A stretch of 64,000 bases of DNA from positions 62,001 through 126,000 of the forward strand of contig NIVC01001726.1 of the NCBI GenBank assembly GCA_002269645.1, written 5' to 3'. The notes beneath the pieces are model-generated. The model had not been told where the DNA came from and did not search any database. It saw only the letters and a program-made list of their open reading frames with translations. Every line of letters starts with the position of its first letter. Positions within the stretch are counted from its first letter, which is position 1. This DNA is from Macrostomum lignano. Lineage: Eukaryota. The position numbers and the translations under genes are program-made. Shown here piece after piece: positions 53,698 through 64,000 of the stretch.

Positions 53698-55270
53698 TTC
53701 AGATGGGACTGGGGCTACTCAGATGGGACTGGGGCTACTCAGATGGGACTGAGGCTACTCAGATGGGACTGGGGCTACTCAGATGGGACTGAGACTACTC
53801 AGATGGGACTGGGGCTACTCAGATGGGACTGAGGCAATTCAAATGGGACTGGGGCTACTCAGATGGGACTGAGGCAACTCAGATGGGACTGGGGCTACTC
53901 AGATGGGACTGAGGCTACTCAAATGGGACTGAGGCAACTCAGATGGGACTGGGGCTACTCATATGAGACTGGGGCTACTCAGATGGGACTGGGGCTACTC
54001 AGATGGGACTGAGACTACTCAGATGGGACTGAGGCTACTCAGATGGGACTGAGGCAACTCAGATGGGACTGGGGCTACTCATATGAGACTGGGGCTACTC
54101 AGATGGGACTGGGGCTACTCAGATGGGACTGAGGCAACTCAGATGGGACTGGGGCTACTCATATGAGACTGGGGCTACTCAGATGGGACTGGGGCTACTC
54201 AGATGGGACTGGGGCTACTCAGATGGGACTGGGGCTACTCAGATGGGACTGAGGCTACTCAAATGGGACTGAGGCAACTCAGATAGGACTGGGGCTACTC
54301 ATATGAGACTGGGGCTACTCAGATGGGACTGGGGCTACTCAGATGGGACTGAGACTACTCAGATGGGACTGGGGCTACTCAGATGGGACTGAGGCAACTC
54401 AGATGGGACTGGGGCTACTCATATGAGACTGGGGCTACTCAGATGGGACTGGGGCTACTCAGATGGGACTGGGGCTACTCAGATGGGACTGAGACTACTC
54501 AGATGGGACTGGGGCTACTCAGATGGGACTGAGACTACTCAGATGGGACTGGGGCTACTCATATGAGACTGGGGCTACTCAGATGGGACTGAGACTACTC
54601 AGATGGGACTGGGGCTACTCAGATGGGACTGAGGCAATTCAAATGGGACTGGGGCTACTCAGATGGGACTGGGGCAACTCAGATGGGACTGGGGCTACTC
54701 AGATGGGACTGAGGCTACTCAAATGGGACTGAGGCAACTCAGATGGGACTGGGGCTACTCATATGAGACTGGGGCTACTCAGATGGGACTGGGGCTACTC
54801 AGATGGGACTGGGGCAACTCAGATGGGACTGAGGCTACTCAGATGGGACTGAGGCAACTCAGATGGGACTGGGGCTACTCATATGAGACTGGGGCTACTC
54901 AGATGGGACTGGGGCTACTCAGATGGGACTGAGGCAACTCAGATGGGACTGGGGCTACTCAGATGAGACTGGGGCTACTCAGATGGGACTGAGGCAACTC
55001 AGATGGGACTGGGGCTACTCATATGAGACTGGGGCTACTCAGATGGGACTGGGGCTACTCAGATGGGACTGGGGCTACTCAGATGGGACTGGGGCTACTC
55101 AGATGGGACTGGGGCAACTCAGATGGGACTGGGGCTACTCAGATGGGACTGGGGCTACTCAGATGGGACTGGGGCAACTCAGATGGGACTGATGCTACTC
55201 AGATGGGACTGGGGCTACTCAGATGGGACTGGGGCTACTCAGATGGGACTGGGGCTACTCAGATGGGACT
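53698..55270. repeat. 20-bp minisatellite (AGATGGGACTGGGGCTACTC), ~78 copies
   Basis: 20-nt period. Inverted relative to 40315-41575. Confidence 0.96.
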
Positions 55271-55499
55271 TGCGAAAGTTTGCGAGCTTTCGGGCACAGA
55301 AAGGCGCACAATGAACCAAAATGATCTACTTTAAAACCGAGATCACAGACAGATCACTATTAAAGCGAGAGCCATACAATCGGCACATGGACAAACAGTT
55401 TAAATGCACATTTTTAAACACAGAGTAAACCCAAAACAAAACAAATTGGAAATTGAAACTCCGAGGAAAGTAGATACGTTGCTGCTTGTATTTTTGTTC

Positions 55500-56530
55500 T
55501 CAAAACCGACGATCGTAAAACTGACGCGATTGGATGCCGCCGAAGCCGCCGTATGCGCCGCTGCCGTCCCGACCGCCGCGGCTACCGCTGACGCCGCCTC
55601 CCCGCTGCGTCGGGGAAGGCGGCGACCGAAATCTCGCCGCGCCGACGTTTCCATTCATTCTCGAAGCTGTTGTTGAAGTGGACGCCGGCCGCTGCTGTTG
55701 AAACGGCCTTGGCGGCGGCCGGTTCGATGGCAGGCGATTCGAATATGGCAGCGGCGGCGGCGGCGGCCCGTTTCTGCTACTATTATTATTACTAAGATTA
55801 GCAATGCTACGATTTGATGAAGCCGGGTGCGGATGCTGCCTGGCAAATAGCGCCGATCTATTATTAAGCAACGTCGCCGGAGGTCGCTGCGGCGGAGGTG
55901 GCGGCGGCGGCGGCGGTGACAGCGACGGCGGGGACGCCGAAAGCTTCTTGGGCGGCGGCGGCAGGCTGCTGGGGTGCGGCAGAGGGTTGACTCGGCGACT
56001 AGCGGAATTGATGTTCGTAGAAGAGGGCGGCGCCATCCGGCGCATGTCGACATCCTGATTGGAAGAAGCTGCTGACGCCGACGACAGCAAAAGAGGCTGA
56101 TGCCAGCGTTCGTCAACGTCGCCGAGAGAGCCATCGTGGCAGTGCCGCGGCCTCCGCCACAATGACTCCTCAGGATTAATCGAATCGTCTTCAAGATCTA
56201 TCGAAGCCCGTTTAATCGGTCGCTTGGCTGGCTGCTCAACCAGCTGATCGAACGGCACGGACTCAGCATTCCGCTGAAATGGTAAAGCAGATCGTCGCTC
56301 ATCGATGTCGGTTTCAGCAACAGCAGAACAAGGAGGCGATGCAGCCTGCGGCGGAGATGGCGAAGCCGGCGCTTCCAGCAGGCGCAGCGGAGGCGGCGTC
56401 GAAGGAGGCGACGGAGACATTGGCGAGGGTTGCGTCGGGTCTCTGGCTGTCGCAGCTGCCGCTATCAGCGACTCGGGAGGCGGCAGAATCGAAGCGACCT
56501 TTTGCGGCACTGTCGCCGATTGAGGCGGCT

Positions 56531-56561
<31 letters not shown>

Positions 56562-59500
56562 CGATGTCGTCTGAGGAGAAGCCGGCGACGTTAAATCGTT
56601 CAGCTTGAGCAGTCTCTGCCGTTCGACATTATCCCTTAGATTGCTAATCTGTTGCTTTAACTTGCTGATAAACTGTTGAGTCTGCTGTTTCTGCTGTTGC
56701 AGTGGAGGCGGCGGAGGCTGCGAAGGAAGAGGTCGGGGCCGTTTCCGGTCGTCAATGTCGGCAGCATCAGAGGTAAAGCGACGTTTTATTGAAGAGGTAG
56801 ACGTATTGCCGGTGCCAGCGCTAGCAGAAGCAGCAGCAGCAGTAGCAGGGGCAGCAGGTTTTTGATCCGGCAGAACAGGCAGATCCAACAGCAGATTGTC
56901 GTGATAAGAGATCGGCGATTGGCAGGCATTATCGACATTATTATCTTTGCTCTCCTCGCCGCTATAGGCGTCAACATCGTCATCTGGCGAGTCGGGCGGC
57001 TCGTCGAACACCAGCTTGTCGGGCGGCGGAAGAGACAGATCATCGTCATCATTAACATTCGCCGGAGGAGGCGTCGGGCTGTGGATAGCTTCTATCGGCG
57101 ATCGCCGCCGCTGCTCATCGACTGAGTTGTCGTCGGTTGGCTTCAGATTCGATGTCGACGGTTTCGGCAGCAGCTCCTTCAGCGGCAGATAGACCAGGCC
57201 GGGCATGCCGACCCGGGCTTGCAGATCGCGACGCTGTCCGGCGGCCTGCCTGGCCAGGTGGCCGATCCGATCGGCCGCTGTCGAATAGGTTGCATAGCAA
57301 CCGCGCCGATCCGAGCGGCACTCTGCAGCCCAGTAGGCGCCGACGCCGCCGTGCGGCTGCGGCAGCCGGTGCCACTGGTCCAGACGGCTGTAGTCGAAGA
57401 AGCAGTCGGATCTGGGCAGCGGCAGCCACACAATGACGTGCAGCTGATGCCTGCCCGGGTCAGACAGTTTCCTGGCCAGCCGGTCGAGGTTAAGCCGCTC
57501 GGCTGGCCGGCTGTCCGAGGGCACTAGGTAGCACAGGGGCAGGCGGCCGTCCCGTCCGCTGCTGGCCGAAGTTAGCGAGCAGAGAAGGGCCCGGCGGCTC
57601 AGCACTAACTGATTGCACAGTCGAGCCAGCGGATGCGTGCTGTCGGGAGTGGCCAGACCGACCAGGTAGCTCACGTGACCGGCTGCTGCTGCTGCTGAGG
57701 ATTCGGAGTCGATGGGGCCGGCCGCCGCGGTGACTTCTCGAGATCCACGAATTTTGAAACCGGACAGGCTGGACAGCAGAAAGTCGAATTCGATGAAGCG
57801 GACCTGGGGGGGGGGACATGGCGAGCCGTAGTAACGATTCCATTAGTGGGGATGAAGGGGGCTGGAGATCTTACCGTTAAGGGGCATGCGACCTCTCCAG
57901 TTCTATGAGGGGGCATGCGACCTCTCCAGTTCTATGAGGGGGCATGCGACCTCTCCAGTTCTATGAGGGGGCATGCGACCTCTCCAATCCCTATGAGGGG
58001 GCATGCGACCTCTCCAATTTCTATGAGGGGGCATGCGACCTCTCCAGTTCTATGAGGGGGCATGCGACCTCTCCAATCTCTATGAGGGGTCATGCGACCT
58101 CTCCAATCCCTATGAGGGGGCATGCGACCTCTCCAATCCCTATGAGGGGGCATGCGACCTCTCCAATCTCTATGAGGGGTCATGCGACCTCTCCAGTCCT
58201 CCCTATGAGAGGGGATTCGACCTCTTGAGTCCTATGGGGGACATGCGACCTCTTGAGTCCTATGACCTCTTATGGTCCTTTAGGGGGTCATGTAGTTTTT
58301 ATTATAAAGAAAGACCTTCCCATGGTCTCTCAGGGGGACATGCGACCTCGAGCGGTGCGAGTTGCCACACACACACACACACCTGCAAATTGCCACCATC
58401 CTGCTGCAGACAGGGGAACACAAACGGAACAGCTTCCAGCGACACCAAATCCAGGTAGAGGCTGGCCAAGCCGGGCAGCTCGAGGCCCAGGCTGAGCTGG
58501 CCAACCAGGGTGCCGCCGCCTGGCCGGCTGGCGACGAACGGCAAACGACCGGGACCGGATGACCGGCTGGGCTGATGAAGCATGCCGGATTTCGATCGGT
58601 CAACTTTATTTGGATTGTTGGCTGATGAAGCTGAATGCTTCTGCTGCTGCTGCTGCATAGAGTCCGGCTTTGATTGCTGCGCCTGTTGCTGCTGCTGCTG
58701 CTGGGAGGCGACAATCCGGCCGGAGAATTCGTAGCGCACAGCGGCTACCGGCACGGCCTGGCGAGGCCGGTCGAGCAAATCGAAATCCTCAGAGTATTCG
58801 AATAGGAATACCTGCGCAAAGGTTCGGGTGCAAGTAAATGTGTAGGCGAGCATGCCTTTTAACCGCTGCCGCAGGACTGATTGGGTGGACAAACTAGTGT
58901 CCCACTGGTCTGCTTTAATGACTACTAGCTTGTCCACCCAATGACCCAGTAGCTTGTCCATCCAATGACCCACTAGCTTGTCCACCCAATGACCCACTAG
59001 ATTGTCCACCCAATGACCCACTAGCTTGTCCACCCAATGACCCAGTAGCTTGCCCACCCAATGACCCAGTAGCTTGTCCACACAATGACCCACTAGCTTG
59101 CCCACCCAATGACCCAGTAGCTTATCCACCCAATGACCCAGTAGCTTTCCCACCCAATCACCCACTAGCTTGTCCACCCAATGACCCACTAGCTTGTCCA
59201 CCCAATGACCCACTAGCTTGTCCACCCAATGACCCACTAGCTTGTCCACCCAATGACCCACTAGCTTGACAACACAATGACCCACTAGCCAAGTAAAAAC
59301 CCGACCTGGCTCGAATGAAAGGCATCAGGCAGCGGCAACTGCTCCAGACCGTCGGCCCGGCCTCGCCGACTAACGTGACAGTCGAACTGGGGCTGCGGCT
59401 CGGCCACGCTGTCCCCTTCGGCCCAGCGGCAGACTCGGCAGCGAAGGTAGCGCAGCACCAGCAGCCAGCCGGCCGGTTGCAGGCCGCGTTTCGGGCAGGT

Positions 59501-61276
59501 GCGATCGACGTATTGACACAGGCTGACGCCGGATTCACCCGTTGCTAGGCGACTATCCGGCAAGTTGCCCTTAGCAACGCCGCGTTCGGCTATAGCCCGA
59601 GCCTCGGCTTCGGTCGCCACGGCCAGATAGGCGAGCTGCTCCGTTGGACCAGAAGTCGAAGCAGCCGCAGCGCCGGTCCCTGCCGAATCGTCGTTGGCCG
59701 TTTCCATGGTAACGGGGCCGCCGGCGCCGGAAAACACGGCGGCTTCCGCTTCGGCGGCTGCGGCAGCTTCGCGCATTTCTGCTCGTTTGGCTCGGTACTG
59801 CGGAGAGCGGCGGATATGATCGACTCTCAATTTGGCATCGAATTAAGTAAACAAGTCTGAATGTTCTTTAACTTACATGCCTTTAACATTCACATTCCCC
59901 AATCTTCACATTCCCCAACCTTCACATTCCCCAATCTTCACATTTCCAACGTTCACATTTCCCAACGTTCACATTCCCCAACATTCACATTCTCCAACCT
60001 TTAAATTCCCCAATCTTCACATTTCCCAACCTTCACATTCCCCAACCTTCGTTCTCTAACCTACACATTCTCTAACTTTCTCTCATTTCTCACCCTTCAC
60101 ATTCTCCACCCTTTACATTTCCCAACCTTCACATTCCCCAACCTTCATATTCCCTAAGCCGCCTAACCATAGGGGATTTTGAAGTTGTGGGATTGCAGAG
60201 GAGACTGCATTAAAACAGATGGGAAATATAAAGCGCCAAGCCCAGTGCATATAATGTTCCCAAAATGAAGTCATCATTGCTGAAAGGATTTGACTAACTT
60301 CTTCATTGAGCGCGTAGTTTTCAATCATGAAGGCCTCCTGCACGCGAAACTGCCGCTCCTGCTCCCGGCTGAGGAAGCTGGCGCGCAGCTGGCGCTCGAT
60401 CTCGGTCTTGAACTCCTTGGAGTCGGGGCTGACGCGGCGGAGAATCTCTATGGGGGAAGGGTATTTTGGCGGTGTGTTGATGAGCAGTGGAACTGAAGGT
60501 TTGAAGCGGTTGAGGCCCGGAAAATACGAGCTATACTCGTAAATCTACAAGGGTAGCGGTGACCGAGCAACTGGGGATCTGGGAAGGTGGCCGAGCAGCT
60601 GACACACTGGGAGGCTGGCACAGCAACTAACACTCTGTGAGGCTGGCCCAGCAACTGACACTCTGGGAGGCTGGCCTAGCAACCGGGGATCTGGGAGGCT
60701 GGTACAGCAACTGAGGATCTGGGAGGCTGGCCCAGCAACTGAGGATCTGGGAGGCTGGCCCAGCAACTGAGGATCTGAGAGGCTGGCACAGCAACTGAGG
60801 ATCTGGGAGGCTGGCTGAGCAACTGAGGATCTGGGAGGCTGGCCCAGCAACTGAGGATCTGGGAGGCTGGCCCAGCAACTGAGGATCTGAGAGGCTGGCA
60901 CAGCAACTGAGGATCTGGGAGGCTGGCCCAGCAATTGAAATATGGGAGGGTCGCGGTAGCCCTTTTCTCTCACGACTGTTTATCTTTCTCATTTCGAAAT
61001 GAAGATCAAATTCAAACTATTGATTGAAGTTCATTAATTTGAGATTTAAAGAAACTTAGCACACACTCCAAGCTCCCCATCCCGCTCACCTGCCGGATTT
61101 TGCATCCGCTTGGGAACGCGTAGCGCCTTCAGCACAGAGAAGTCGACAATCTTCTCGGCAGCCTCAAACGGCACCTCCTCTGCTCCGCGTTTCGAAGGAT
61201 GCTTCTGCATCATAGACAGCAGGTCGATGGGACCGCTGGATGCCCTACTGCTGCTGCTGCTGCTGCTGGCAAACAT
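55500..61276 (-). CDS. TASOR/TEX15-family protein (~1186 aa): DUF3715 pseudo-PARP domain, SPOC-like domain, long Pro-rich disordered C-terminus; exons 61090-61276, 60299-60447, 59306-59797, 58383-58811, 55500-57803
   Basis: LRVPKR..., VSPDSKEF....L.ASFL....F....AFMIEN..L.EE|Y..KR.EM, AYL...I.E.G...L.....GVSL.QY.D, P.P.FDCHVS, SQ|VFLFEY.ED....RPRQ..P.A.V.Y match the TASOR DUF3715 as recalled. VGQL.L...L.LV.L...P..F follows like the TASOR SPOC start. All four introns are GT-AG and in frame. Confidence 0.82.
57880..58350. repeat. 29-30 bp minisatellite (CTATGAGGGGGCATGCGACCTCTCCAATC), ~11 copies plus decayed units, TASOR-like intron 4
   Basis: Visible period. Confidence 0.92.
58920..59290. repeat. 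24-bp minisatellite (CCACTAGCTTGTCCACCCAATGAC), ~15 copies, TASOR-like intron 3
   Basis: 8-aa period in the ORF track equals 24 nt. Confidence 0.94.
59870..60160. repeat. Degenerate ~17-19 bp C-rich repeat (TTCACATTCCCCAACC), TASOR-like intron 2
   Basis: Recurrent ttcacatt(c/t)cccaac motif. Confidence 0.85.
60560..60935. repeat. 28-29 bp minisatellite (GGCCCAGCAACTGAGGATCTGGGAGGCT), ~13 copies, TASOR-like intron 1
   Basis: Same family and orientation as 42002-42302. Confidence 0.93.
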
Positions 61277-61699
61277 CTTCAACCAATAGCCAGATGTTGC
61301 AGTCGTTTAACTAATAAAAAACTACAAAAAGCTTATCTTCCTACTCATATGCAAATCGTTTAGTAATAAGAATCGATCGTTAACAACAACCTTATCTTTA
61401 AATGTCGAGTCACATTTTAATCTGCAAATAAATTAATGAAAAGGTTAACTAAAACAGACGGGGTAAACGGCGCGAGTAACTATACCTGAATTTGTATTTT
61501 AGAATACATCGTCATCTGATTAGGGCCTAACGTACTAAGCTTTATAAATAAAAAGCCGTTTAAAAAATAAAAAACTGAAGACAGCTGAAGAGTGCACAAA
61601 TTTTGCCAAAGATGTTTGTTAAATTTGCATTTAATAAATAAAAGAACATGCCGATTGATTGACGCGCCTTCACAAAACAGTCGGTCAACAGATTGCAAA

Positions 61700-64000
61700 C
61701 TATAGAAAACTACTACTAGTAGGAGACGAAGAATATTGTAAGCTATTTTGCATCGCAGCACGCTAAACAAGCAGGATTATAGAAGGCCTACTACACTATA
61801 TGGCCAGATTCAATATTTGGTAAATAAGAATAGTAGGCAGTAGTTTATATGCATAAAGATACTATTAAAAGAAATTCTACTCGTCTATTATATTAATTAT
61901 TTTACTACTAAAGTGTGAGTAGTAAGAGCAGTCCAAAGAATAATATGACAATGGAATTTAGCTAATTTTAACGCTCACCGAGATACACCAGGAGTACAAT
62001 ACTAGATTATAGCTTAATTACCTGTTGCTGCTTTGCTTCACTGGCAAATTTTAACAGGTACAGTTTTCATATACCTTCATTTCACAAATGAGTGGGAGAT
62101 AAGGGAGGAGAGGAGATAAAGTAGACATGAGACAGATAAGGTAGATGTGAGACAGATAAGGTAGACATGAGACAGATAAGGTAGACATGAGACAGATAAG
62201 GTAGATGTGAGACAGATAAGGTAGACATGAGACAGATAAGGTAGATGTGAGACAGATAAGGTAGACATGAGACAGATAAGGTAGATGTGAGACAGATAAG
62301 GTAGATATGAGACAGATAAGGTAGATGTGAGACAGATAAGGTAGACATGAGACAGATAAGGTAGATGTGAGACAGATAAAGTAGACATGAGACAGATAAG
62401 GTAGATGTGAGACAGATAAGGTAGACATGAGACAGATAAGGTAGATGTGAGACAGATAAGGTAGACATGAGACAGATAAGGTAGATGTGAGACAGATAAA
62501 GTAGACATGAGACAGATAAGGTAGATGTGAGACAGATAAGGTAGACATGAGACAGATAAGGTAGATGTGAGACAGATAAGGTAGACATGAGACAGATAAG
62601 GTAGGTAGATGTGAGACAGATAAGGTAGACATGAGACAGATAAGGTAGGCATGAGACAGATAAGGTAGACATGAGACAGATAAGGTAGGCATGAGACAGA
62701 TAAGGTAGATGTGAGACAGATAAGGTAGACACGAGGGAAAAACACATTGCTACCCTCCACTCAATCAGTCATGCATCAAATATGATAGATAGCAGAGTAA
62801 AACACGAGCTGAGGCAGTCAGGTGCATACGCAACAGCCTCCCAGTCACTCCGAACAGTCGGTAAGCAGTTCCACAATGACCGGCTCCAGCCAGTCGCCGC
62901 GCATCAGAACTTTACAACCGATAGCCTTAGCAAACCTGCGCAGTCCGTCAGCCCTGAGCCCGGCCTCGGCCTGGCTAAATCTGTACAGCTCGCCCGGCTG
63001 GCCAAGGTGCAGGCGGAGCCGGTACCAGAACAGCGCCTCCATTAGGGCCGTGCACACCAGCTGACAGCTCAGGGCATCGCGCGGTGCCCGCCTGACCAGG
63101 GCTTCGTAGCCGCCGCCGCCGCTGGACACGAAGGCGAACCAATCGCGGCAGTGGAACAGAGCGTCTAGCAGGCGACGGATGCTGTGATAGGCGGCCACGT
63201 GTTTCTCCGTGATCTGGCGGCAGCGAGGGTTGGGGAGATGCTGGCTTGAAAATGCATTCCAGTGAATAAGAAGAGATCACCTACTACTGAGTAGACCCGA
63301 CAAAAACGGCACCCCAGAAGCTTGCTTGCATCGCCCCAGAATCGTTTCACAGTCGTTACAGGTAACACAGGTAAAACAGAAAAGAAGTGACTCCAGACGA
63401 TTCTAAAACGACAAAATGTCACCCAGACGGAGCTTCTGGACCTTCAACAGGTGGCACCAGCCACCCTGCTGCGAATTAGTCTAGTTCCGCTAATCAAGCC
63501 TCCACAGTGGGCAAATCTCAACTGCTGGACATCCTCAACTCGTAGTCTTTTAAGCATTCTCATCCCCTTTGTAGTTCGACGGGCGGAAAAATGGCTTGGT
63601 ATTCCTACTGTTAATATTGAAATGCTATCAGTTAAGTTCCAATCTTTAACTTTCACCGTTGTATATCGACGGGTTTTAGTGCTAATCCTATTAACCGCCG
63701 CTGCTCCTCCAGTCCTACATCGATTGCGTCATCTCAAAGTTCTCACCGCGGCCACGTGACTCGGCCGCAGCTCCAGCGGCTCCCTGTGGCAGCGCAGCAG
63801 AGCGGTCAAATAATCGCGCTTAAAATCGCGGAAGATTCCAACACGACGGCAGTGCTTATCGAAGCTGGCTTCGGTCCAGCTCGTCACCAGGGCGATGTTC
63901 TTCAGGCTGGTCTCCAGGCCGGGCTCCAGCGCGATCTCCGAGGCCACGGTCCGCAGCTGCTCCAGCGCGGTGAACACTGAGCGCAGATACGGCACGCTCA
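61700..64000 (-). CDS. Uncharacterised helical protein, 5' partial; exons >64000-63747, 63213-62936, possible microexon 62022-62040, possible last exon 61700-61762
   Basis: GC3-rich open frames (SVPYLRSVFTALEQL...; ITEKHVAAYHSIRRLLDALF...EALFWYRLRLHLG) joined by a phase-0 GT-AG intron. The 3' exons are phase-compatible but speculative. Family not recognised. Confidence 0.6.
62080..62735. repeat. 20-bp minisatellite (GAGACAGATAAGGTAGACAT/ATGT alternating), ~31 copies
   Basis: 20-nt period with a 40-nt dimeric alternation. Confidence 0.95.

Noticed and set aside
40315-55270. Single Foldback-type transposon
   Set aside because: The left array is inside WFS1 intron 2, no TSD was seen, and the enclosed genes are ordinary host genes; kept only as an inverted-repeat observation.
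63729-63995. Naming the last gene (weak resemblance to RIMOC1 or KNTC1 snippets)
   Set aside because: Similarity is limited to a few residues and is insufficient without a search.

Overview
Animal genomic DNA with GT-AG introns, GC3-rich exons, poly-Ala runs and an extreme density of minisatellites. The overall style most resembles the flatworm Macrostomum lignano; this is inference only. All gene models were hand-spliced from the sequence. Plus strand: a GT32 glycosyltransferase (5'-partial) and two paralogous TNF-superfamily type II membrane ligands. Minus strand: an uncharacterised gene with an RBD/ubiquitin-like fold, two tandem single-Ig membrane proteins, wolframin (WFS1), an RFamide/NPY-like prepropeptide candidate, CCDC97, a TASOR/TEX15-like DUF3715 gene and a 5'-partial unknown gene. 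Mobile DNA: an intact R1/LOA-type LINE (ORF1 plus APE-RT-RNaseH-CCHC ORF2, TAATG stop-start overlap, (TAAG)n tail, 11-12 bp TSD) inserted into a 4-monomer higher-order satellite; a decayed 5'-truncated copy of the same LINE; three hAT-type MITEs with 8-bp TSDs; and a tRNA/Deu-domain SINE. About 25 tandem arrays are present, and nearly every long intron holds one. The most notable signals are: (i) both independent LINE insertions sit at TTAGG, the SART/TRAS target motif; (ii) two copies of one hAT MITE family differ by a ~42-copy internal 32-bp array, i.e. a satellite born inside a transposon; (iii) three introns of one gene hold arrays of sense-strand branch-point, AG|GT and 5' donor motifs; (iv) a HUSH/TEX15-type pseudo-PARP gene lies in a tight same-strand cluster suggestive of trans-splicing or an operon.
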